NCBI RefSeq assembly: GCF_001481685.1
Contig: NZ_CP006867.1
Span: 420,001-452,000 of the forward strand
Direction of reading: 5' to 3'
Source of the DNA: Ignicoccus islandicus DSM 13165
Lineage (GTDB): Archaea; Thermoproteota; Thermoprotei_A; Sulfolobales; Ignicoccaceae
DNA length: 32,000 nt
In this document: piece by piece, positions 8,768 through 15,943 of the stretch
Numbering within the stretch: position 1 is the first letter of the stretch
How the letters are laid out: each line of letters starts with the position of its first letter
The notes under the pieces: model-generated
Databases searched by the model: none
Told to the model about the DNA's origin: nothing
Seen by the model: only the letters and a program-made list of their open reading frames with translations
Program-made: the position numbers and the translations under genes

Positions 8768-9499
8768 TTGAGCGCAACGAGCGCTAAGAGAGACGTAAAG
8801 AGGATATTCCTTGACCAGAACCTCGCGAAGGTCAAAGTAGACGAGTACTTAGCGAATAAGTTTTACAGCGTGGGATATGCCGGCGTAGATATACAGAGGA
8901 CGCCACTCGGAACGCGCGTCGTAATATATGCCGAAAGATCGGGTGCGATAATAGGAAGAAGAGGCGCGACCATAAGGCAAATAACGAAGATATTGAGCGA
9001 ATGGTTCGGTCTACCGAATCCGCAAGTAACTGTAGTTAGAGTCGAAGAACCGGAATTGAACGCTAGAGTAATGGCGTTCAGGCTCGCAGTAGCTCTCCAG
9101 AGAGGATACCACTTCAGGAGAGCGGCCTATAACATCTTGAGAAGGATCATGGGAGCCGGAGCTAAGGGCGCGCAAGTGAAGGTATCCGGTAAGCTAAGGG
9201 GTGAAAGAGCGCGTTTCGAGAAGTACATTGCTGGAAAGGTATACAAGAGCGGTAACCAAGTAGTCAGACTAACTGAAAGGGCAATAGCACACGTTTTACT
9301 AAAGCCCGGCGTAGAGGGCGTCGAAGTAATTATAGCTAGAGATGAACCTACCGACGACAGCGTCAAGATAAAGAATCCTGAAGAAGTAAAGGAGTTCGTC
9401 CAGAAGGTAAGGGAAGAGCTCGAGGCCATGAAAGGAGCTGAAGCAACTGTAGAGGAAGCTGCATCCGTTAAAGAGACTCAAGAGGGTGAGGCCCAATGA
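8768..9499 (+). CDS. rps3p: 30S ribosomal protein uS3 (S3p)
   Basis: It has a KH-domain signature, GVDIQRTPLGTRVVIYAERSGAIIGRRGATIRQIT, and an acidic C-terminal tail. The start is TTG, preceded by AGGTGA. Confidence 0.93.
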   Translation: MSATSAKRDVKRIFLDQNLAKVKVDEYLANKFYSVGYAGVDIQRTPLGTRVVIYAERSGAIIGRRGATIRQITKILSEWFGLPNPQVTVVRVEEPELNARVMAFRLAVALQRGYHFRRAAYNILRRIMGAGAKGAQVKVSGKLRGERARFEKYIAGKVYKSGNQVVRLTERAIAHVLLKPGVEGVEVIIARDEPTDDSVKIKNPEEVKEFVQKVREELEAMKGAEATVEEAASVKETQEGEAQ

Positions 9500-9717
9500 A
9501 GCCGGACGACATTAGGAAAATGAGTAGGGGAGAAAGGGAAGCGAAGCTAAAGGAGCTAAAGCAAGAGCTGATCAAGCTTAGGTACCAAGCGAAAATGGGA
9601 CACATCGATAACCCTGGAAGAATAAGGAACATAAAGAGGACTATAGCTAGAATCTTAACTATAAACAGGGAAGAGGAGTTAGGGATAGCCAGACAACCTA
9701 AGACTACTTCCAAGTAA
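9496..9717 (+). CDS. rpl29p: 50S ribosomal protein uL29 (L29p)
   Basis: The sequence is MKPDDIRKMSRGEREAKLKELKQELIKLRYQ.... The start overlaps the uS3 stop by 4 nt (ATGA). Confidence 0.92.
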   Translation: MKPDDIRKMSRGEREAKLKELKQELIKLRYQAKMGHIDNPGRIRNIKRTIARILTINREEELGIARQPKTTSK

Positions 9718-9728
9718 CCTCTACTTAG

Positions 9729-9733
9729 TTTTT
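9729..9733 (+). terminator. oligo-T tract (TTTTT) after uL29
   Basis: A T5 run begins 12 nt after the stop codon. Archaeal termination typically occurs at oligo-T tracts. Confidence 0.35.
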
Positions 9734-9881
9734 CCTTACCATTTTAACGCTCTACCCTCCTGCCCGTTGCTCTCCTATCTCAGACGAATTCGTACGATTT
9801 CATCCATCTAGATAGGTTCCGTAGATGACCCTTAGCTTAGGCTTTTAATCTAATTACGTTTCCCATTTTCACGGTGTCAAA

Positions 9882-10088
9882 ATGACGAGCGCGTTAAGAT
9901 TAAAAGCAGGTAAGTTCAAACTGCCAACTGAAGCGAAAAACTGTAAAGAGTGTATTTTTTACATCTCCCTAGCGAAGTGGTGTGCTAAACACGAGATGCC
10001 TATAGCAGACCCGGAGAAGAAGAACTGTACAGCAAAGAACCTCTTGGGCAACAACGTAAAACCTATTGAGGAGTTCCTAACTATATAG
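9882..10088 (+). CDS. small Cys4 protein (68 aa), hypothetical, possible metal-binding
   Basis: The ORF has an ATG start and the pattern CKEC-x10-C-x15-C. It lies immediately upstream of Rpp29 on the same strand. Confidence 0.45.
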   Translation: MTSALRLKAGKFKLPTEAKNCKECIFYISLAKWCAKHEMPIADPEKKNCTAKNLLGNNVKPIEEFLTI

Positions 10089-10098
10089 GGGATTTCAC

Positions 10099-10377
10099 GT
10101 GCCTAAAAACGAGAGGAACTTAGCTTACCATAACGTAATAGGTCTCGAAGTTGAAGTTGTTGAACATCCCGATAACTCCTTGATAGGATTAAAAGGAATT
10201 GTAGCTATGGAAACTAGAAACACGTTCCTAATAAAAAGCATAGATGGAAAGGAGAGGAGGGTTTTGAAGATTGGTTACTTCAGATTTACCCTTCCTAACG
10301 GAAGGAAAGTATTAATAGAAGGGTCCAAGATTGTTGGTAGACTAGAGGAAAGGATAAAGAGGATTCGAAAGCTTTAG
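10099..10377 (+). CDS. rnp1: RNase P protein component 1 (Rpp29/Pop4 homologue)
   Basis: The sequence is VIGLEVEVVEHPDNSLIGLKGIVAMETRNTFLIKS...KERRVLK. Its position downstream of uL29 matches many archaea. The start is GTG. Confidence 0.88.
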   Translation: MPKNERNLAYHNVIGLEVEVVEHPDNSLIGLKGIVAMETRNTFLIKSIDGKERRVLKIGYFRFTLPNGRKVLIEGSKIVGRLEERIKRIRKL

Positions 10378-10664
10378 GATTGGTTCGAAATTCTCTTAAA
10401 TACCGGACACTCTGAGCGCCTCTCGCACTCCCACCTTACCCCTAAGGACTCGAACACTTTCTCCCAACATTCCCTCTCTCCTTTCAGTGAACTGAGGGAG
10501 TAGACTTGGTAAGGCAAGTCGTCTATTTCATAGAGCTTGCCCGTCTCGACATCATATAAAATTACCCTCCTCTTCTGATTTACGTGATCGATCTCTTCCA
10601 TTGCTATTACGAGAGGGCAGAAGCCCATTCGGGACGGTAAGAACTTGAAGCTCGATCTCGACAT
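10374..10664 (-). CDS. hypothetical Cys-containing small protein (96 aa)
   Basis: The ORF has an ATG start and a TATA-like TTATTAA about 30 nt upstream on its strand. Its C-terminal region contains ECWEK...WECERRSECP. It converges on Rpp29 with a 4-nt overlap. Confidence 0.5.
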   Translation of the reverse strand: MSRSSFKFLPSRMGFCPLVIAMEEIDHVNQKRRVILYDVETGKLYEIDDLPYQVYSLSSLKGERECWEKVFESLGVRWECERRSECPVFKRISNQS

Positions 10665-10722
10665 TACTTCTACCTTACTTATAAGCCTTATTGAAGGTTA
10701 ATAAGGAAACTGGTGAGCGAAA

Positions 10723-11523
10723 GTGAAGAGATTGAGTACTGGTATAGGAGGGTTAGACCGTCTCATTGCAGGCGGAATTCCGGAAGGCTTCTTAGTAGCT
10801 GCCGTAGGCGAACCGGGGACCGGGAAGACGATCTTCTCCTTACATTTCGCATGGAGGGGTATAATTGAGGGTCAAAAAGTAATATACGTTACCACTGAAG
10901 AGAGTAGGGAAAGTATAGTAAACCAAGCGAAGATGTTCGGTATGGACTTTGAAGGGGCTATGCGAGACAAACAGATGATAATAATAGATGCATTGCTAAG
11001 AAGCAAGAGCGATAAATGGAACCTAGTGGAGTTGAGTATTGAAGAACTAGTGAGTAAGATAATAGAAGCAAAGAAGGAACTCGGTTTCGGAGAGGCCAGA
11101 GTGGTAATAGATTCAATGAGCGCGTTCTGGTTAGATAAACCTGCAATGGCTAGGAAGTACTCATACTTCGTAAAAAGAGTATTAAATAAATGGAATATGA
11201 CGATAGTGGCAACGTCTCAATACGCGATAACTACGAACTTCGGTTTCGGATTCGGCATAGAGCACGTAGCGGACGGAATAATCAGGTTCAAGAAGCTAAT
11301 AAAAGGCGGAGAACTAAAGAGGTATCTCATAATTGAAAAAATGAGACAAACCCCTCACTCCTTAAAAGTTCATGAAATAGAGATAAGGGATGGTATAGGG
11401 ATGGTAGTAAAGGGTCCAGTAGAATATACGCGAGACGAAGTTACGTTGCCCAAGGAGGTTAGGGAGGCAGTCATCAAAGGTGTGGAGAGGAGGGAACTCG
11501 AGGAGAAATTAATGGAACTTTAA
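10723..11523 (+). CDS. single-domain KaiC-like / RecA-superfamily ATPase
   Basis: It begins LSTGIGGLDRLIAGGIPEG. Walker A is GEPGTGKT and Walker B-like is RVVIDSMS. The start is GTG. Confidence 0.8.
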   Translation: MKRLSTGIGGLDRLIAGGIPEGFLVAAVGEPGTGKTIFSLHFAWRGIIEGQKVIYVTTEESRESIVNQAKMFGMDFEGAMRDKQMIIIDALLRSKSDKWNLVELSIEELVSKIIEAKKELGFGEARVVIDSMSAFWLDKPAMARKYSYFVKRVLNKWNMTIVATSQYAITTNFGFGFGIEHVADGIIRFKKLIKGGELKRYLIIEKMRQTPHSLKVHEIEIRDGIGMVVKGPVEYTRDEVTLPKEVREAVIKGVERRELEEKLMEL

Positions 11524-12677
11524 CCCTTGTAATGTATCTCTATTACATCTCCATCTGCTACTTCGTGATCTAATCCGACTCGTTCTCCAGGATACTTAGC
11601 GGACGGGCCCCACACCTTCGCGTATTTAAAACCTTCCAGCATCCTGGAGTGTATCGATTTAGCGACGTCCCTTACCGTTGCACCCTTCTTAAGGACCAAG
11701 GGTTTGTCTGCAACGTCACCGTTCGGTTTCTTTGTATAGACCCTTACTAAGTCGAGTAACTCGAAGAACGTCCTTCCAAGCTCTTGTATACCGTCTTTAG
11801 TCCTCGAGGAAAACACTATTATTGGAGAATCTCCCTTGTAGAACTCCTTGAACTTGTCTATTTTCTCCTTAGCTTCGGGTAAATCGGCTTTATTTAAAAT
11901 TATAACTGATGGTTTATACTGCGATGTACCGAGAATGGTCTTTTCGACATCGTCTAGCGTTACATCGCCTACTATTTTCACCGTAGCGTTGTAGATCTTG
12001 TAAACTTTGAGCAGGCTCTTGACGTCATCTACTGAAGCGTCTTTTAGGTTGCCCATTATTACAACTTTTATCCCACCTGCTCTCTCCTTAGTTATTTCGA
12101 CTCTCCCCTTAGGCTTCTTTAGGACTACTCCATTCTCTTCAAGTAGATTTACTAGGTACTTGTATTGCTTTATTGGATCTAACGATAGATCTAGGACCAA
12201 GGCGACGGCATCGGCGTTCTTAACCAAACCTACGCTCCTGTGAACCCACTTAACGTTAGGAGCAACGGGAGGAGCCTCAACGAGCTGGAACTGTATGTCC
12301 TCGTACTGAAGCATGCCCGTTACGGGAACTAAAGTAGTAAACGGCCTAGGCGAAACCTCTACCTTGGCCCTCGTTGAGGTCGCTATTATACTGCTCTTAC
12401 CAGAGTTCGGTATACCGAAGAGGACTACTTGCGCCGCACCCTCTTTCTCTACAACGAACGGATTGTAGCCTCCCTTTCTCTTCCTTCTCTCAGTCTCGAG
12501 CTCTTCCTTAAGTTCCGCTAACCTCCTCTTAGCCCAATAGAGGAGGTTCTCTGCGCCTTTGTGCTTAGGGGCGACCTTAAGGAACTCCTCGAGGGCCCTT
12601 ATCTTAGCCTCAGGAGTCTTGGCTTCGGAGTACTCGTTCAACTTCGCCTGAGCTTCGGGCGGTAGGTTTGCTGGCAT
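11520..12677 (-). CDS. DRG-family (Obg-like) GTPase paralogue with C-terminal TGS domain and degenerate G3 motif
   Basis: G1 is GIPNSGKSS, G2 is PFTT and G4 is NKAD. The TGS-like C-terminus reads ...VWGPSAKYPGERVGLDHEVADGDVIEIH. The position that is DxPG in canonical DRGs reads EAPP. Confidence 0.85.
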   Translation of the reverse strand: MPANLPPEAQAKLNEYSEAKTPEAKIRALEEFLKVAPKHKGAENLLYWAKRRLAELKEELETERRKRKGGYNPFVVEKEGAAQVVLFGIPNSGKSSIIATSTRAKVEVSPRPFTTLVPVTGMLQYEDIQFQLVEAPPVAPNVKWVHRSVGLVKNADAVALVLDLSLDPIKQYKYLVNLLEENGVVLKKPKGRVEITKERAGGIKVVIMGNLKDASVDDVKSLLKVYKIYNATVKIVGDVTLDDVEKTILGTSQYKPSVIILNKADLPEAKEKIDKFKEFYKGDSPIIVFSSRTKDGIQELGRTFFELLDLVRVYTKKPNGDVADKPLVLKKGATVRDVAKSIHSRMLEGFKYAKVWGPSAKYPGERVGLDHEVADGDVIEIHYKG

Positions 12678-12715
12678 TAAGTTCCCTCTAGGCCTAAAAG
12701 ATTATAAATAAGTTT

Positions 12716-13273
12716 TTAAGTTTGAGTAGCTTGACGCTTGGTCCTTATGTATATAAGCATGTCTCCCGGCTTCATCCTCCTTATTGGAGGTTCCCAACGT
12801 CCCCTTACTAATAGAGCCATAGGGATACCGTCCTTACCTGCGAGCTGATAGGGGTCGCAACCCTTTCTCTCGATGCATTCCTTTGAGGCCAGTTCCATCT
12901 TACCAGTTACAATGTTTAGTAGGAACATGCCTGCGTAAGGGTGGACAGCGAGTAGAGCCATTATTTGCGCTAGTATGTTAGCTGAAATCACAACGTCGGC
13001 TCCGAGCCTCGATAGAAGCCTTCCTACTTCTTCATCGTGAACCAACGCGACGAGCTTAGGAACTTCGCACTCTGATTCTATAGCGCTCTCTACTATATCT
13101 AAAACAGCATATATTACGCTCTCGTCCTCACCGCAAACTATTATGTTTGTATAAGAACAGATGTCTTCTCCCTCTCCGAATTCCTCTAAGTATTTCGCCG
13201 CAATGTTAGCTTCTTCCACGTACTCGTTTAACATATCGCATTGAGTGCCTCTACCCACTATCAGCAGACGCAA
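12716..13273 (-). CDS. TrkA/RCK-like domain protein (degenerate nucleotide-binding loop)
   Basis: The layout is Rossmann-like: LLIVGRGTQ..., ...IIVCGEDES..., ...LGADVVISANI.... The end is TrkA-C-like (MKPGDMLIYI). GRGTQC occupies the position where GxGxxG is expected. Confidence 0.45.
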   Translation of the reverse strand: MRLLIVGRGTQCDMLNEYVEEANIAAKYLEEFGEGEDICSYTNIIVCGEDESVIYAVLDIVESAIESECEVPKLVALVHDEEVGRLLSRLGADVVISANILAQIMALLAVHPYAGMFLLNIVTGKMELASKECIERKGCDPYQLAGKDGIPMALLVRGRWEPPIRRMKPGDMLIYIRTKRQATQT

Positions 13274-13919
13274 AGAATTCTACCACCTCCTTAACGGCCT
13301 CTGTCATTAATTCGAGTAGCTTCTCACCTTCCTCCTTTCGTGCATCGGCTATGGACTTAGGAGAGCACCCGTACTCAGTACTAATCCAAGGTATGAACGC
13401 TCCCGGAAGGGAAGGCGGACTCTTCGCTTGTCTTTCCTTCCTTATAACTACGCTATAGCCCAAAGCCAAAGCTACTGAGGCTTCGGCCCTGCATAGGTCT
13501 TGAAAGTCCCTATAGCCGTTTTCTTCTACTACCTTCCACAAGTCTACCATGGCCACTAAGTTACCCCTCCTCCATGCCTCCATGACTACCGCTTGAACCA
13601 CTGGTACAACACCTTTATGGGCAACAACGAATATGACTGGTCTGTTTACCAGTTTATACAATTGTTCGGAGAGGCTAGAGAGGTGCATTGTCAGGACTTC
13701 TAATGGAATAGTTATAGATTTAACGTGTTCCGGGCTAAAGCTGTAGTTAATGGACGGGGCTACAACGACCCCCTCTACATTACAAGAAACTCTCTCCGCG
13801 ATTTTCGTATCTAAGCTCAGTGGAAGCGGTCCATGATCTTCCAAACTACCTACTGGTACTAAGACTGCACTAAAACCCTTGAGCTCCCTAGTCGAAATAT
13901 CCGATAAGAACTTACACAA
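13251..13919 (-). CDS. creatininase-family amidohydrolase-like protein
   Basis: LVPVGSLEDHGPLPLSLDT matches the family motif GSxEQHGPHLPxxTD. The later GHGGN motif reads AHKGV here. The stop overlaps the next ORF by 23 nt. Confidence 0.6.
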   Translation of the reverse strand: MCKFLSDISTRELKGFSAVLVPVGSLEDHGPLPLSLDTKIAERVSCNVEGVVVAPSINYSFSPEHVKSITIPLEVLTMHLSSLSEQLYKLVNRPVIFVVAHKGVVPVVQAVVMEAWRRGNLVAMVDLWKVVEENGYRDFQDLCRAEASVALALGYSVVIRKERQAKSPPSLPGAFIPWISTEYGCSPKSIADARKEEGEKLLELMTEAVKEVVEFFASADSG

Positions 13920-13931
13920 CTCAAATTCCCC

Positions 13932-14684
13932 TCAGAGGGTGTAACCTAGTAATACCTTAGCTTTCACTACACCTACCATCTTCTTGCTCTTATCAACTAT
14001 CGGTAGAACCTCCATTTGTGAATTCAGCATTTGAGTAGCTAGCTCCTTGACCTTAGCTTCATAGAAATAATAAACTTCACTGGAACTAACTATATCACCA
14101 ACTGCTTCTTCGAGTGTCCTCGGGTCTCCAGCATTGATCATTGATAAAACTTCCTCTCTGGTGAAATGCTCTAGGAAACGGAGCGGAGTAACGTAGCCCA
14201 TTATCCTCTTCTGTCCAACGAATAGGTAACCGTTCAAGTTAAAGGTTAACGACCGTACTATCGCCTCCTTAATTGACATCATCGGATCCGCAAGCAATAC
14301 CCTTGAGTCTAATACGTCCTTCGCTTGAAGGTCTGGTAGGGACTTCATGAATTTGCCCAATAAGTATATCGATGAAGCGACGTTGCCTCCCTTAAGAACC
14401 ACTGCGTTAAGATCTCTCACGACTAGTTCCTTCCTAGCTTCCCTCTCATCGTTGACTATCGGGACCTCGTAACTCCACTGTTCCGCTTCAGAGCTCAAGA
14501 GGTCCGCTAAATCAACAACGGAGTTCGCCGTGGATATCGCCCTAAGCACTTGGACACTGTCCACTAACTTGATCGGAGCACCTTCTAAGAGAACGTAATT
14601 CGAATTGGACATAACCATGGTCTTGGCTATATCAAGTAAGCTTACGTCCCTTGCAAGGGGTCCTACGGTTGTATGTGTTATCAT
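13932..14684 (-). CDS. CBS-domain protein (probably two Bateman modules)
   Basis: This 250-aa ORF has repeated CBS-like segments, for example ...MEVLPIVDKSKKMVGVVKAKVLL at the C-terminus. No catalytic domain is visible. Confidence 0.55.
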   Translation of the reverse strand: MITHTTVGPLARDVSLLDIAKTMVMSNSNYVLLEGAPIKLVDSVQVLRAISTANSVVDLADLLSSEAEQWSYEVPIVNDEREARKELVVRDLNAVVLKGGNVASSIYLLGKFMKSLPDLQAKDVLDSRVLLADPMMSIKEAIVRSLTFNLNGYLFVGQKRIMGYVTPLRFLEHFTREEVLSMINAGDPRTLEEAVGDIVSSSEVYYFYEAKVKELATQMLNSQMEVLPIVDKSKKMVGVVKAKVLLGYTL

Positions 14685-14736
14685 GAGGTTTTCTCCCTAG
14701 AACCTATAGAACACATGCTTCAAAAACGATTGCTCA

Positions 14737-15204
14737 TCACATTTCCTTTCTAACCGAGTCTAACAAGACTTTGGCGAAGGTTGCGACTGCCGCCCTAGCC
14801 TTCTCCTCCAAGGTTCCCATATTAGCCAGTTCCACGTATACTTCGCTTGGATCGCCGCCTGCGCTCTCATAGATTAGAGCTAGCACATCGGCTACATCGC
14901 TCGTTAAGAGCGAAATTAGCTTCGCCCTCAATTCCTCGCTCAGATTCCCGTTGACCAGTTCGAGTAGTACCTCTGCTCTCTCTGCCGCCTCCTCAAGCAC
15001 GGTCTGACCAACGTTTTCTATTATTTCAGAAAACGTAGAGCTTACTTCTAAGTTAATCGGCATTGCGTTCGCCTTAAGCATGAATTCGAGTAACTCGTCC
15101 TCCACCTCTTTCTTTAAATTCTCCTCTGTAAGACCAAGACCGTTTAGAGCAGTAACTATTGAAGCTTTATCAACTACTTTAGATGCACTCACACTCGATC
15201 CCAT
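14737..15204 (-). CDS. acidic, predicted all-helical hypothetical protein (155 aa)
   Basis: The ORF has an ATG start with a TATA box (TTAAAATA on its strand, 15228-15237) about 25 nt upstream, so the transcript looks leaderless. The protein is rich in E, L and A. Confidence 0.55.
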   Translation of the reverse strand: MGSSVSASKVVDKASIVTALNGLGLTEENLKKEVEDELLEFMLKANAMPINLEVSSTFSEIIENVGQTVLEEAAERAEVLLELVNGNLSEELRAKLISLLTSDVADVLALIYESAGGDPSEVYVELANMGTLEEKARAAVATFAKVLLDSVRKEM

Positions 15205-15207
15205 TAC

Positions 15208-15714
15208 TTGGATAATACCCCTCAGGGTATTTTAAGGAGGGAACGGGCCTTGAATAGATCAAGGACGCTAGTTCCATTGATTTTCGCACTCACCTTGTTA
15301 CTCTCAATCTCCCTTAGCCCTTGGTGGAATCCTTGGAACTACTCCCTAAGCGCACTAGGGAGCGCCTCTAATGGATTGGGAGGCGCTGTATTTAACGGAG
15401 GGCTTGCGCTAACGTCATGGGAACTCGAAAAGGGGTCCTCTAGCGATCTACTACTCTTAATCGCGTTAGGAATTGGGTTGGTAGCTGCAATTAACATAGA
15501 CTTCGGGTTAGCTCACTTCATAGTCTCAGTGTTGTTATTCCTATTGCTTTACGCATACGTATTAAGCAATGCATCGATAGAAGGCTACGTGGGAACTGCG
15601 CTCTCAATAGGCCTATGGATCTCTCACTTCCTTTACGGCGTCCCTCCGGGAGTCGCTATTCCAGAGCTCTCAGCAATAGCGTTAGCTCTATACTACTACG
15701 TTACTCGTCCTTAA
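15208..15714 (+). CDS. small polytopic membrane protein (DUF998-like?)
   Basis: It has 4-5 hydrophobic segments and the stretch SLSALGSASNGLGGAVFNGG. The listed TTG start is only 3 nt from the divergent gene, so in-frame TTG codons at 15250 or 15277 are more plausible starts. Confidence 0.55.
   Translation: MDNTPQGILRRERALNRSRTLVPLIFALTLLLSISLSPWWNPWNYSLSALGSASNGLGGAVFNGGLALTSWELEKGSSSDLLLLIALGIGLVAAINIDFGLAHFIVSVLLFLLLYAYVLSNASIEGYVGTALSIGLWISHFLYGVPPGVAIPELSAIALALYYYVTRP
15228..15237. promoter_or_regulatory. TATA box (TATTTTAAGG) in a head-to-head gene junction
   Basis: It is correctly spaced for the minus-strand ATG at 15204. It lies inside the 5' end of the listed plus-strand ORF 15208..15714, whose true start is therefore probably downstream. 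Confidence 0.4.
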
Positions 15715-15856
15715 GCTGAACCAGCGTGGAAACCTCGCTTATCATTTGTTCCAGTTCAACGCATTTATCCATAATAGCTTCCAGAAGTTTTTCTATAGCT
15801 TCTAGCTTGGCTTCCAAGTACTCTAATTCCTTACATTTACTCGGCATGTTTTTCAT
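15701..15856 (-). CDS. candidate small coiled-coil protein (48-51 aa), below the ORF-track cutoff
   Basis: My own translation of the minus strand gives (MKN)MPSKCKELEYLEAKLEAIEKLLEAIMDKCVELEQMISEVSTLVQLKDE*. ATG codons occur at 15856 and 15847 and the stop is at 15701-15703. The hydrophobic spacing is heptad-like. Confidence 0.3.
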   Translation of the reverse strand: MKNMPSKCKELEYLEAKLEAIEKLLEAIMDKCVELEQMISEVSTLVQLKDE

Positions 15857-15943
15857 TACCAACAATCGTCTGCTTCAGGACAGTTGTTAAAGTAACTCCT
15901 AACTTTAACCGGAAGCGACTGATGCTTCCACGGGCTAACGTAA

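Noticed and set aside
9784-9813. Short palindromes downstream of uL29: ACGAATTCGT (9784-9793) and ATCTAGAT (9806-9813).
   Set aside because: They are 8-10 bp restriction-site-like palindromes with no flanking structure. The oligo-T tract already accounts for termination.
10685-10705. A 7-bp inverted repeat, CCTTATT-N7-AATAAGG, in the divergent promoter region between the 96-aa ORF and the KaiC-like gene.
   Set aside because: The AATAAGG arm overlaps the TATA-like box that serves the minus-strand gene (TTATTAA on the minus strand), with the TTATAAG box for the plus-strand gene just upstream. Symmetry among AT-rich promoter elements in a bidirectional promoter is sufficient explanation.
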